From: Bdellovibrionota bacterium
GTDB lineage: Bacteria > Bdellovibrionota_C > UBA2361 > JBIKWN01
Reading direction: 5' to 3'
Length of the DNA stretch: 64,000 nucleotides
Assembly: GCA_044356295.1 (NCBI GenBank)
Contig: JBIKWN010000003.1
Span: 32,001-96,000 of the forward strand
Shown here: positions 48,878-59,627 of the stretch, in pieces
Layout of the letters: every line of letters begins with the position of its first letter
Position numbering within the stretch: position 1 is the stretch's first letter
The notes under the pieces: generated by a model
Told to the model about the DNA's origin: nothing
Databases searched by the model: none
Seen by the model: only the letters and a program-made list of their open reading frames with translations
Program-made: the position numbers and the translations under genes

Positions 48878-51800
48878 ATGAACATTACAGACCTTCTTGG
48901 CGTTGAGCTTTCTTCCCGTATTCCCACAATATCTCAAAAAAAATATTCACAACGAGTATTAAAAAATCAGGTCGCAACTCGAGAGGAAATCTCTCGACTC
49001 GGGATGACTCTTGCTGCTGATCATAAAATTAAAACTGCTCTTACTAATGATCGAAGACTCTATCTTCGCCTCAGAAGTAACTGCGCTGATATTGAAAAAA
49101 GTTATTTGATACTTGCAGATACGGCACGTAAGAAGGAGGCAATTACTCCTGGCACTGAATGGTTACTTGATAACTATCATGTCATTGAAAAACAAATTAA
49201 CGAGATCAAAAATCATTTTCCTCGCGGTTATGACAAAACGCTTCCTCGACTTTTGGAAGGTGAATATCGTCAGTATCCTCGAGTCTACCATCTTGCAATG
49301 GAGTTCATTGCAAATACAGATTGTGTACTCGATACAGAGTTACTCAATGCCTATGTCGAAGGCTATCAAACACAAGCAGTACTACACATTGGTGAGGTAT
49401 GGGCAGTACCAATTATGATTCGATTTGCTCTATTAGAGCAACTTCGAAATCTCTCGCTTTCAATGATTCGTGCGCGTGAAGAATTTAAGGCAGCGGAAAA
49501 TTTGATTGAAGAAATTCTAGGTGATGAATCAAAGCCTGGAACACAAATTCTGTTGAATCTTGCTGAAAAAGTAATGCTCCGTCCAGATTTTCTTACAATG
49601 GGTGCAGGGCATTTAATAAGACGATTACGGGATAGAGGCCGAATCGCATCGCTTACTCTTCAATGGCTTGAAGAACGCTTGCGAGAAGAAGGTCAGGATC
49701 CAGAAGAAATTTTAAAAAATGAACAACGGCTACAAGCTGCTGATCAAATTACGATCGGAAATATTTTTACATCGCTTCGTTCGATTGCGTATGTTGATTG
49801 GGAAGGTTGGTTTGAGCACAACTGTAAGATTGAGCATATTTTAAGACTCGATCCTGCTGGGATATATCCACGTTGTGATTTTAAAACTCGAGATGCATAT
49901 CGTCATAGGATAGAACGGCTCGCTCGTTACGCAAAAAAAGACGAGACAGATGTTGCGGTTGCAGCAATAGGATTAGCGCGCGATTACCTTCATGCTCATA
50001 AAGATGCAGATGAAAAAGAAATAATACAAGATTATCGTGCCTCTGTGGGAGGATATCTTTCACAACGAGGGCTGCCTTTACTAGAACAGTCCTTACAGTA
50101 TCGACCTGGTATTGCTCAGTCATTACCACGGTTCATCAAAAGTCATCCAATTGCCTTCTACTTTTCGTTAATGGCATTTTTCACTGCGATTCCATATCTC
50201 TATGCGCTTTGTTATGCACAAACGTTTGCTTTATTTAATTGGGAAGTAATTCTTGTAGCTCTCCTTTGTTTTATTCCAGCTTCGGATCTTGGGAATAATA
50301 TTACTCAGTGGCTTGTTACAAAATTTACCTCACCAAAGCTTCTTCCTAAGTTAAACTTTGAAAATGGGATACCTGAGGAATGTAAAACCACAGTAGTCGT
50401 TCATTCTCTTTTTTCTGATAGAACTACTGCAAAAAATACAATTGAATCTCTTCATGTTCGATATCTTGGTAATGATGATCCTAATCTCATTTACTGCGTT
50501 CTTGCTGATTTGTCTGATGCTGATACTGAAATTGCAGAGAAGGATCAAGTTATTCTTGAATATGCTCAGGCTAAAATTGCAGACCTCAGAGCACAGCATG
50601 GTCATGATCGATTTATGGTTCTCTTCCGTAGGCGACACTGGAATCCAAGCGAAGGCAAGTGGATGGCGTGGGAACGCAAGCGCGGAAAGGTTGAAGAATT
50701 CAACCTTTTATTACTCGGTGCAGTTAATACAAGTTTTATAATATCAGAGGAAGAGAGACGACTTTTACTAGGTACGAAATACGTCATTACTCTTGATAAC
50801 GACACACAACTGCCTCGTGGTACCGCCCAAAAATTAGTAGCGGCTGCATCTCATCCAATGAATGCTCCTGTCTTTAATCCACGAACAAATCGAGTTATTG
50901 ACGGCTATACTATTATTCAACCACGTGTTGGAGTATCTCTAACAAGCGCAAATACTTCTTCATTCGCAAAAATATTTTCTGGAAATGCAGGACTTGATCC
51001 GTATACGCAAACTGTTTCTGATGTTTATCAAGATCTTTTTAGTGAAGGTTCATATATTGGAAAAGGAATTTACCGAGTTGATGCATTTGAAAAAGCGATG
51101 CATAACCGAGTGCCAACAAATGCATTACTGAGCCACGATCTTTTTGAAGGAATCTTTGCCCGTGTTGCTCTTGCATCTGATATTGAGCTGTATGATGAGT
51201 TCCCTTCGAAATATCATGTTCATGCAAAACGACAACATCGTTGGATTCGTGGTGATTGGCAATTACTTCCATGGGTAGGAGTTAGATCTCCAGCACGAGA
51301 AGGAAAGGCGCCGTCTCGCGTTACACCACTAGGTTGGTGGAAACTTTTTGATAATTTACGAAGAAGTCTTGTTGCTCCTTCACTATTTGCATTGATCGCG
51401 TTTGGAAGTGTTGTCTTGCCTGGAAATCCACTTTTTTGGATTGCATTTGCTGCATTGGTAATCGCATTCCCTGTATATACAAATCTTGCGCAGGCACTGA
51501 TTATTCCACCTCAAGGTCTTTCTTACGAAAGTCATTTCGGGGGCATTTGGCGTGATTTTGCTAAAATGTTCAAACAGACTCTTTTAACTTTAATTTTCAT
51601 GCCTCATCAGGCATTCAACTCAGCTCATGCAATTACTATAACGTTATTGCGATTGTATGTTTCAAAAAAACATCTTTTGCAATGGGAAACTGCATATCAC
51701 GCTGAACGTCGCATGACGTCCTCGTTGCTGAGCTTCCTTCATGAAATGATGTGGTCAATTTTCTTTACCACTGCATCATTTACTTGGGTTGTGGTTGTTG

Positions 51801-54800
51801 CGCCAGAGCGCTTACCACTTGTTATTCCGTTATATATTTTGTGGTTTAGTGCTCCATTTGCAGCAAAAGAAATAAGCAGACCAAGAACAGACTCTATTGC
51901 AAAGTTATCTGAGAGTGAAAAAGAAACAATAACTTCATATGCGCATGCAACATGGACGTACTTTCATCGTTACTTAACTGCAGAAAATAATTATCTCATT
52001 CCAGATAACTTTCAAGAAGTACCTTCTCCTGTTGTTGCACAAAGAACTTCACCAACAAATATTTCACTTTCAATGCTCACCACTATTTCAGCATACGATT
52101 TAGGATTTATAAGTTCCTACCGTGCTGCAAATCTGGTGAATAATATTTTTAAAGGGCTTGCGAAACTCGAACGCTATAACGGACATTTTCTTAACTGGTA
52201 TAAAACTGATACCGCTGAGTCACTCTATCCACGTTATGTTTCAATGGTTGATAGTGGAAACATGGCTGGTCACTTGATTGCTGTGAAGAATGCATTAATT
52301 GAACTTAAAAAAACTCCTGTATTCTCTTTGCAACATGTACGACACATTATCGTAAGTGCTAAAAAAATTGAATCTAAGCTTGGAGAAAACTCTAAGTCTG
52401 CCATAAGAAATCTCTCTTCTCTTCTTTCAGCACCAGATGGACTACATTCAGACGGAATAAGCCAAGTTCAAAATGCACTAGAAATTCTTCATCAAACGCT
52501 ACCTTCTGGAAATGAAGAAGCTTTAAGCATGCTCCGTGATGAATTAAGCGATTTTCTTGAAACATTAAAAATTTCTCAGCATGACGTCTATATCGTTCTT
52601 GATGAAGGAATTAAAGCTTGCTCTGACATAATTGAGAGTATTGATTTTAGTTTCTTATATGATAGCTCTAAAGATCTTTTTGCCATCGGTTATAATGTTG
52701 ACGCGGCAAGAAGAGATACTAGTTACTACGATCTGCTTGCATCAGAAGCACGACTTGGAAGCCTTTGTGCAATTGCAATGGGACAGCTTCCTGAGCGACA
52801 TTGGTTTTCATTAGGAAGAGGGCTTACACAAGTATCAGGAGGCAAAGCGCTGCTTTCGTGGACTGGTACTATGTTTGAGTACTTGATGCCACTTCTTGTC
52901 ATGAGAAGTTATCCGGATACTCTTTTACATGAAACATATGATGTTGTTGTTAAGGCACAAAAGAACTATGCAACAAAAAATTTAATTCCTTGGGGAATTT
53001 CAGAATCAAGCTTTAGTGGAGTTGATTTTGAAAAAACGTACCAATACCGAGCATTTGGTGTTCCCGGACTTGGTCTAAAACGAGGACTTGAAGATGACCT
53101 CGTTATTTCTCCATATTCAACCATGTTGGCACTTCCGATTGATCCAAAAGCTGCAATGAAAAATCTAGATCACATGAAGTCACTTGGATTCACCGGTGAT
53201 TGTGGTTTTTATGAAGCTGTGGATTATACAAAAGAGCGCCTCGCTGCTAACGAGAAGTTTCATATCGTACGTTCATATTTTGCTCACCATCAAGGAATGA
53301 GCATGGTGGCTATGAATAATACGCTCCATGATCATATTTGGCAGAGAAGATTTCACCGTGATCCATTGATTCAATCAGTCGATCTTCTACTTCAAGAAAA
53401 ATTCCCTGAACGGTTACCTGTTATTCTGCCCCATCAAACTGCGGCTACTGGAATTGAAGAGCGAAAAGCTGCTGATACAGAAGCTACGATGCAGCTATTC
53501 ACAACTCCACATACTGCAGTTCCAAGAACTCACCTTTTATCGAACGGTCGCTATACTGTTATGGTTGATAACTCGGGTGGTGGATTTAGTTTGTATGACA
53601 AAGAAATTTCACTTACACGATGGAGAGAAGATACGGTTCAAAATGATATGGGAACCCATATCTATATACGAGACCTTGATACTTCAAAAGTTTGGTCAGC
53701 AGGATATCAACCAACTTTTATTGAACCAAAATTATATGAAGCGATTTTCACACCTGATAAGGCTGAATTTAAGCGTCGTGATGAAAATATTTACTCTCAT
53801 TTAGAAATTACAGTATCACCAGAAGACGATTTAGAGATTCGACGAATTACTGTTGCCAACACTGGAACAGAAAGAAGAACGCTCGAGCTTACAAGCTTTG
53901 CAGAAGTTGCCCTTGCTCCAACAAGAGCAGATCAAGCACATCCAGCATTTGCAAAAATGTTTATTCAATCCGAGTACCTTGAAGAATATGATGCGCTACT
54001 TTTTTCAAGAAGACCTCGTTCTAAGAAAGAAGAAAAGACTTACTTACTACATCAAGTAGTAATGCATACCGTTTGGGATAGAACTCGTTATGAATCTTCA
54101 CGTGAAGTGTTTATTGGAAGAGGGAATAATTACAGAAACCCACATGCAATGCAGCCAAATGTTCAACTTTCTGGAACGACAGGATATGTCCTGGATCCTT
54201 GTATGTCACTTCGAGTTAAAGTCGAGCTAGCACCTGGTGAGTCGCAAACGATTACCTATCTAACAGGTTTCTCAAGGGATCGTGATGCAATTTTACAACT
54301 TGCAAATCGGTACCGAGACTTCAACCAGATCAATCGAGCTTTTGAAGTTGCATGGAGCCAAGCAAGTATTGAGCTTAGAAATGAACAAGCATATGGACAG
54401 CATGGTCCTGTATTCCAACGTTTAGCGAATGGATTGCTACTCAATATTGAGAAACTCAGAGCTAAGCCAGATGTGATTTCTCGGAATCGCCTCGGTCAAT
54501 CAGGCCTATGGAGATTTGGAATCTCGGGTGATCTTCCAATTTGTTTAGTGAAAATTACTGAACAGAACCAAACAAAAATCGTTGAAGAATTACTTCAGGC
54601 CCATCATTATCTTCGAAATAGAGGATTCCAATTTGATCTAGTTATTTTAAATGAACACTCAGGTGGATACTTACAAAGCGCGCAAGATGAAATTGAATTT
54701 TTAATTCGTTCAAGTTTTTCAGCACCTCTTATCGATCGAAAAGGTGGGATATTTACAAGAAATATTACTCAACTTTCTGAAGAAGAAAGGGACCTCTTGC

Positions 54801-57388
54801 AATCAGTTGCCCGAGTCGTTTTAAGTGGCCTTCGTGGATCACTAGCTGCTCAGATGCGGTTTGAAGAGCCTACTCAAGAATATATCCCATTTGAAAGTAA
54901 ACGCACTCCTAACTATGTCTTATCTTCTACTAAGAAAGTTCATCATGAAGGAGAATTCTTTAATGGAGTTGGAAGTTTTGATGAAGATGGAAAGTCTTAC
55001 AGTTTCTCAATTAATGATAAGACACTTCCTCCTGCTCCATGGTCGAATGTAGTCGCTAATCCAAGATTTGGAACTGTGATTACTGAAGTTGGTGGAGGTT
55101 ATACATGGTCAGAGAATAGTCGTGAAAATCGTCTCACTCCATGGAGTAACGATCCAGTTATCGATCCGCTCGGTGAAGTCATATATTTCCGTGATGTAAA
55201 AAGTGGTGCTTTCTGGTGCCCTACTCCACGTCCAATTTCACTTGAATCTGATGTTTCAGTTCATCATCGATTTGGAGAAACTGAATTTTTAACGACGATA
55301 GAAGGAATAACATCAACACTTTCTATTTCCGTCAGCCCTGATGACAATATTAAATTTTGGAATCTTGATCTTGAAAACGTAACTCCTGCACCCAGAACAA
55401 TCGAAGTATATCTTTATGCAAATTGGGTCATGGGCGTTCAGCGTCAAGATTCATACATGCAACTGGTAAGTTCCTTTGATAAAGACAATGAAACACTCTA
55501 TGTACAGAATCACTACAATGCTGATTTTGGTAGAAAAGTTTTATTTCTTGGGTCATCTGCTCCAATTGATACATATACCACTCAGCGTGCAGAGTTTATT
55601 GGAAGAAACCGAGATCTATCATCTCCAATAGCGCTTGCTTCAGTGAGTAATACTCAAAAAGGTGGAGCAAAATCTATTGTTAAACTCTCTGGAAGAACCG
55701 GTGCATGTCATGATTCCTGCGGCGTTATTAAAGTAATCGTTCAGATTGAGCCAAATCAAACTGAGCGTGTAAGCCTCTTTTTAGGTGATGCTGATTCAGT
55801 TGAACTGATGAAGTTAAAGGCTGAAAAAGCAAAAGATGAAAGCTTTGCACGCGAAGAAGCGCTTCGAACTAAAGCTCTTTATAAAGATGTAACAACTTCC
55901 GTGCAGATTAAGACACCACTAAGAAGTTTTGACATTTTAGTTAATGGTTGGCTGCTTTACCAAACGATTGGTTGTCGGCTATGGGGAAGAACTGGATTTT
56001 ATCAGAGCGGTGGAGCATTTGGTTTTAGGGACCAACTTCAAGACTCAATGGCTCTGCTCTATTCAAGACCTGATCTTGTAAGAAGTCAGATCTTGCTCCA
56101 TGCAAGCAGACAATTTGCAGAAGGTGACGTGCAGCACTGGTGGCACCCACCGACAGGGAAAGGTGTTCGAACACGAATCTCAGATGATTACCTTTGGATG
56201 CCTCTGATAACACAAAAATATATAGAAGTTACCGGAGATACTTCAATCCTCGATGAACGTGCTGGATTTATTGATGGACCAATACTTGCCGAACACGAAA
56301 TGGAAGCCTATATCGTTCCACACGTAAGCCAACATACAGCAACGATTTACGAAAAATGTATCTTAATGATCGATAGATCACTAACGCTTATCGGTGAACG
56401 AGGTATGCCACTTATGGGATGTGGTGACTGGAATGACGGAATGAATGAAATTGGTCATCATGGAAAAGGTGAATCAGTGTGGATGGGATGGTTCCTTGCA
56501 ACTGTGATTAAACACTTTATTCCGTCTGTCGAAAAACGAGGTGATTCAAAACGAGTAGCACGCTATGAAGCTGCTATTTCATCACTCAAGAATGCGTTGG
56601 AAACAAATGCATGGGATGGTGATTGGTACCGAAGAGCATACTTTGACGATGGCTCGCCAGTAGGAAGCAAACTTTCTGAAGAATGTCAGATTGATTCATT
56701 ACCTCAAAGTTGGAGCATAATTTCAGGAATTGGTGATGAAGGACGATCGAAAGTTGCGATGGACAATGTCTATGATCGACTCGTTTCAGATGAGTTTAAA
56801 ATTATTAAACTCTTCACTCCTCCTTTTAACACCGGCCCGCAAGAGCCTGGCTATATTAAAGGATACCTTCCTGGTATCAGAGAAAACGGTGGTCAGTATA
56901 CCCACGCATCTGCTTGGGTGATTATAGCAACTGCCCTTATGGGTAGAGGTTCGAAGGCAGTCGAGTTATTTGAATTAATCAATCCACTTAACCATACGAA
57001 AGATGTTGCTGGGACAGCCAAGTATCGTTGCGAACCGTACGTTCTGTGCGGTGATGTGTATTCTGCTGCTCCGTATGAGGGGCGTGCTGGTTGGAGTTGG
57101 TATACAGGTTCGGCTGGATGGATGTATCAGGCGGCGATTGAATATATTTTTGGACTAAAAGTAACTAAAGATTTTTTTACAGTTGAGCCGTGTATACCTA
57201 ATGATTGGAAGGAATTATCACTGACCTATCGACGTGGAAATTCAGTCTATCAAGTAAGTATCCTAAACCCACAGGGTGTTGAGCGTGGCGTAAAATCGGT
57301 AAGCATTGATGGTAGTGTCGTTTCAGATGGTAAGGTTATTTTTACCCAAGACGGAAAAACTCATCAAATTACCGTCACACTCGGATAA
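48878..57388 (+). CDS. ndvB: Cyclic beta-1,2-glucan synthase (Cgs/NdvB/ChvB; GT84 + cyclisation domain + GH94 phosphorylase)
   Basis: 2836 aa; EWLLDN, WERKRGK, TLDNDT, GSYIGKG, LLSHDLFEG, RQHRWIRGDWQ, RTSPTNI, YDLLASEAR, GTMFEYLMP, GFYQSGGAFGFRDQLQD, GDWND, ENGGQYTH. Confidence 0.95.
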   Translation: MNITDLLGVELSSRIPTISQKKYSQRVLKNQVATREEISRLGMTLAADHKIKTALTNDRRLYLRLRSNCADIEKSYLILADTARKKEAITPGTEWLLDNYHVIEKQINEIKNHFPRGYDKTLPRLLEGEYRQYPRVYHLAMEFIANTDCVLDTELLNAYVEGYQTQAVLHIGEVWAVPIMIRFALLEQLRNLSLSMIRAREEFKAAENLIEEILGDESKPGTQILLNLAEKVMLRPDFLTMGAGHLIRRLRDRGRIASLTLQWLEERLREEGQDPEEILKNEQRLQAADQITIGNIFTSLRSIAYVDWEGWFEHNCKIEHILRLDPAGIYPRCDFKTRDAYRHRIERLARYAKKDETDVAVAAIGLARDYLHAHKDADEKEIIQDYRASVGGYLSQRGLPLLEQSLQYRPGIAQSLPRFIKSHPIAFYFSLMAFFTAIPYLYALCYAQTFALFNWEVILVALLCFIPASDLGNNITQWLVTKFTSPKLLPKLNFENGIPEECKTTVVVHSLFSDRTTAKNTIESLHVRYLGNDDPNLIYCVLADLSDADTEIAEKDQVILEYAQAKIADLRAQHGHDRFMVLFRRRHWNPSEGKWMAWERKRGKVEEFNLLLLGAVNTSFIISEEERRLLLGTKYVITLDNDTQLPRGTAQKLVAAASHPMNAPVFNPRTNRVIDGYTIIQPRVGVSLTSANTSSFAKIFSGNAGLDPYTQTVSDVYQDLFSEGSYIGKGIYRVDAFEKAMHNRVPTNALLSHDLFEGIFARVALASDIELYDEFPSKYHVHAKRQHRWIRGDWQLLPWVGVRSPAREGKAPSRVTPLGWWKLFDNLRRSLVAPSLFALIAFGSVVLPGNPLFWIAFAALVIAFPVYTNLAQALIIPPQGLSYESHFGGIWRDFAKMFKQTLLTLIFMPHQAFNSAHAITITLLRLYVSKKHLLQWETAYHAERRMTSSLLSFLHEMMWSIFFTTASFTWVVVVAPERLPLVIPLYILWFSAPFAAKEISRPRTDSIAKLSESEKETITSYAHATWTYFHRYLTAENNYLIPDNFQEVPSPVVAQRTSPTNISLSMLTTISAYDLGFISSYRAANLVNNIFKGLAKLERYNGHFLNWYKTDTAESLYPRYVSMVDSGNMAGHLIAVKNALIELKKTPVFSLQHVRHIIVSAKKIESKLGENSKSAIRNLSSLLSAPDGLHSDGISQVQNALEILHQTLPSGNEEALSMLRDELSDFLETLKISQHDVYIVLDEGIKACSDIIESIDFSFLYDSSKDLFAIGYNVDAARRDTSYYDLLASEARLGSLCAIAMGQLPERHWFSLGRGLTQVSGGKALLSWTGTMFEYLMPLLVMRSYPDTLLHETYDVVVKAQKNYATKNLIPWGISESSFSGVDFEKTYQYRAFGVPGLGLKRGLEDDLVISPYSTMLALPIDPKAAMKNLDHMKSLGFTGDCGFYEAVDYTKERLAANEKFHIVRSYFAHHQGMSMVAMNNTLHDHIWQRRFHRDPLIQSVDLLLQEKFPERLPVILPHQTAATGIEERKAADTEATMQLFTTPHTAVPRTHLLSNGRYTVMVDNSGGGFSLYDKEISLTRWREDTVQNDMGTHIYIRDLDTSKVWSAGYQPTFIEPKLYEAIFTPDKAEFKRRDENIYSHLEITVSPEDDLEIRRITVANTGTERRTLELTSFAEVALAPTRADQAHPAFAKMFIQSEYLEEYDALLFSRRPRSKKEEKTYLLHQVVMHTVWDRTRYESSREVFIGRGNNYRNPHAMQPNVQLSGTTGYVLDPCMSLRVKVELAPGESQTITYLTGFSRDRDAILQLANRYRDFNQINRAFEVAWSQASIELRNEQAYGQHGPVFQRLANGLLLNIEKLRAKPDVISRNRLGQSGLWRFGISGDLPICLVKITEQNQTKIVEELLQAHHYLRNRGFQFDLVILNEHSGGYLQSAQDEIEFLIRSSFSAPLIDRKGGIFTRNITQLSEEERDLLQSVARVVLSGLRGSLAAQMRFEEPTQEYIPFESKRTPNYVLSSTKKVHHEGEFFNGVGSFDEDGKSYSFSINDKTLPPAPWSNVVANPRFGTVITEVGGGYTWSENSRENRLTPWSNDPVIDPLGEVIYFRDVKSGAFWCPTPRPISLESDVSVHHRFGETEFLTTIEGITSTLSISVSPDDNIKFWNLDLENVTPAPRTIEVYLYANWVMGVQRQDSYMQLVSSFDKDNETLYVQNHYNADFGRKVLFLGSSAPIDTYTTQRAEFIGRNRDLSSPIALASVSNTQKGGAKSIVKLSGRTGACHDSCGVIKVIVQIEPNQTERVSLFLGDADSVELMKLKAEKAKDESFAREEALRTKALYKDVTTSVQIKTPLRSFDILVNGWLLYQTIGCRLWGRTGFYQSGGAFGFRDQLQDSMALLYSRPDLVRSQILLHASRQFAEGDVQHWWHPPTGKGVRTRISDDYLWMPLITQKYIEVTGDTSILDERAGFIDGPILAEHEMEAYIVPHVSQHTATIYEKCILMIDRSLTLIGERGMPLMGCGDWNDGMNEIGHHGKGESVWMGWFLATVIKHFIPSVEKRGDSKRVARYEAAISSLKNALETNAWDGDWYRRAYFDDGSPVGSKLSEECQIDSLPQSWSIISGIGDEGRSKVAMDNVYDRLVSDEFKIIKLFTPPFNTGPQEPGYIKGYLPGIRENGGQYTHASAWVIIATALMGRGSKAVELFELINPLNHTKDVAGTAKYRCEPYVLCGDVYSAAPYEGRAGWSWYTGSAGWMYQAAIEYIFGLKVTKDFFTVEPCIPNDWKELSLTYRRGNSVYQVSILNPQGVERGVKSVSIDGSVVSDGKVIFTQDGKTHQITVTLG

Positions 57389-57392
57389 GAAA

Positions 57393-58133
57393 TTACAACC
57401 CAGTAACATCATACCCCAACGCTAGTAGCGCTTTCTTTTGAAGGCGCTTTCTTGCCCGGATACTTTTCCCACGATATTTATATCGAACCGGATAAGGACC
57501 GCTTGGAGGAGGATTTTTTAACCTTTCTTCTAACTCTTTGTAATAAATAGCTGATTGATCTTCAGGAAGTGCATTCGTAAGTGCAGTAAGTCTTCTAAAT
57601 TGTTTCAACGCTGGTGCATAGACAAAGTTACTATTTTGTAGAAACGCAATGTGATTAAGCACAACTAGAATATCATTAACGAGAGTCTTTAAGTGTTCAC
57701 AGAATTTCTCTTGAATTCTCAGTTTTCTTACTTCTAAAGAGAGAGAACAAACATCTTTTAAACTTTCATTCGAATAGGGTTCAAAAAGAAATCCATGCGC
57801 TCCAAGTATTGTTAGTTCAAGCTCAGATGAAGCAAGCTCTTCATCCATACGTTTCATCATTATAAAAGCTGCTTCATCTGCAGAAGGAATCGTTTTTGCA
57901 TTAGTAATAAATGAAGATATCTCTTCACTATCAAATCCTGAAGAGATGAAGATAATATTCTTTATTTTTTGCGATTTCATTAATAATGGAATTGCCAGAT
58001 GAAGATCACTTACCTGGTCAATATGTTCAAAATTACCAAGCGACTGACATACTTCTCGCAGTCTTTTTCTTGACGTAAGTCGTTCATCAATGATGAGTAT
58101 GTTATGTCGACTATTTATCTCAGAGGCATTCAT
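57393..58133 (-). CDS. Atypical (pseudo-)receiver domain protein
   Basis: NILIID beta1, GAHGFLFEPY at the K-P position; no Asp at the end of beta3 (IIFISS); helical, basic C-terminus. Confidence 0.6.
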   Translation of the reverse strand: MNASEINSRHNILIIDERLTSRKRLREVCQSLGNFEHIDQVSDLHLAIPLLMKSQKIKNIIFISSGFDSEEISSFITNAKTIPSADEAAFIMMKRMDEELASSELELTILGAHGFLFEPYSNESLKDVCSLSLEVRKLRIQEKFCEHLKTLVNDILVVLNHIAFLQNSNFVYAPALKQFRRLTALTNALPEDQSAIYYKELEERLKNPPPSGPYPVRYKYRGKSIRARKRLQKKALLALGYDVTGL

Positions 58134-58426
58134 AGGGGTTATCTGTATTCTTTTAGTAAAAAAGTAGTTCGGCTGATCGAGGCTTCCAGAACAGTAAATG
58201 AGTCTAAATAAATAAAGATAGTCATCTTTAAGAATTATTCTTATTGTATTTTTTCCATGAGAAGTAAATTAGCTGCATTGGTTACTAATTTTTCGTATTC
58301 CAAGAAAGTCAAACTATCCTTGTTTTTGCCTTTGTAAAAAACTCATTTCAAAGCTATAAAAACGGATTACACTCCTTCTGGCACACTGTTAGTATTCTTT
58401 CATGCGACTATCAAGCTCAATTACAT

Positions 58427-59623
58427 ATGATTAAAAAAGCTTGTGTAATCCTTGTTTTCTTTATTGTAATTTTAGTGAGCTGGGCTACTTTTACAGTCTA
58501 TACCTACTCGCCAGCAAGCTCTACGCTCACTCTTACGCTACCCCAACATTTAAAAGATACAATCATCGCAACCGAGGATGATTATTTTCATTCTCACTTT
58601 GGAATAAGCTTGAGATCGACATACTTGGCATTCGCTAGGAATTTAAAATCGGGGAGTATTCGATTCGGCGGAAGTACCATTACACAACAATTAATGAAAA
58701 ATTTATTTTTATCGAAGGAACGTACTATTCGAAGAAAAATTCTTGAGGCGACACTCGCCATCATTTTCGAAATTCGTTTTTCCAAAGAAGAAATACTATC
58801 ACAGTATCTTTCAATCGTTGACTTTGGAATGGGTCAAGTTGGGATCCAGGGTGCTACTGATTTCTACTTCCAAAAAGTGCCCAGTGACATAACAATTGTT
58901 GAATCTGCGTTTTTAGCTGGTATTATCTCGAACCCCCCTCGAAAATTTCTTTTACAAGATCAGATCATAAAAGCAACATCGATTGGATTGTTTAGGCTAA
59001 ATAATCTTTTTTCGTTCAGATACGAATTGCCAAGAGTAACACGTGCCCAAGTATTAAGAATGGTCATTCCCTATTCAGGTCCATACGAGAGGGGTGCTTA
59101 CGCAACGATCCCACCAGTAATTTTTGGAGTGAAACTTTTTTACTATACTGATCTTTCAAATGCACGTGGGCGAAACGCCGTAAATCCTGCACTAAGAGAT
59201 GCTTTTATTGAATTCGTTCTTGATGCAAAAGATCTCTTTGGAATTACTGCAGTCGAAAACATGGGTGTATTTAATGATAGACTACAAACAAATTCTAGCG
59301 ACTATCTATCTTCTCATGCATATGGAAGAGCCATAGATATCTCTGCATTTCAATATCACAATGCCATCAAATCACCAGTGATAGAACATGATGAGACCCT
59401 AATACCTATTATCACCTTAGCACAAAAATATTTTGATATTGTTTTAACTCCCTTCAACGATCCTATCTCTCATAATAATCATATTCATGCTGAGGTTTTA
59501 CCTCGTATTTCTTGTTACTGTTCTGATTTTATCTGGATTCTGGGGTCGCCCGCATGGCGGTGGTGTAGAAAGGATTTTCGATTAAGAAATGAATCTAATT
59601 ACTCGTGTAAGGTGTGTATATAG
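58427..59623 (+). CDS. GT51 peptidoglycan transglycosylase fused to an extensin-like (LAS/M15-type) C-terminal domain
   Basis: TM anchor; EDDYFHSHFG, GGSTITQQLMKN, RKILE, KEEILSQYL; then SSHAYGRAID and HNNHIH. Confidence 0.8.
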   Translation: MIKKACVILVFFIVILVSWATFTVYTYSPASSTLTLTLPQHLKDTIIATEDDYFHSHFGISLRSTYLAFARNLKSGSIRFGGSTITQQLMKNLFLSKERTIRRKILEATLAIIFEIRFSKEEILSQYLSIVDFGMGQVGIQGATDFYFQKVPSDITIVESAFLAGIISNPPRKFLLQDQIIKATSIGLFRLNNLFSFRYELPRVTRAQVLRMVIPYSGPYERGAYATIPPVIFGVKLFYYTDLSNARGRNAVNPALRDAFIEFVLDAKDLFGITAVENMGVFNDRLQTNSSDYLSSHAYGRAIDISAFQYHNAIKSPVIEHDETLIPIITLAQKYFDIVLTPFNDPISHNNHIHAEVLPRISCYCSDFIWILGSPAWRWCRKDFRLRNESNYSCKVCI

Positions 59624-59627
59624 TTTT

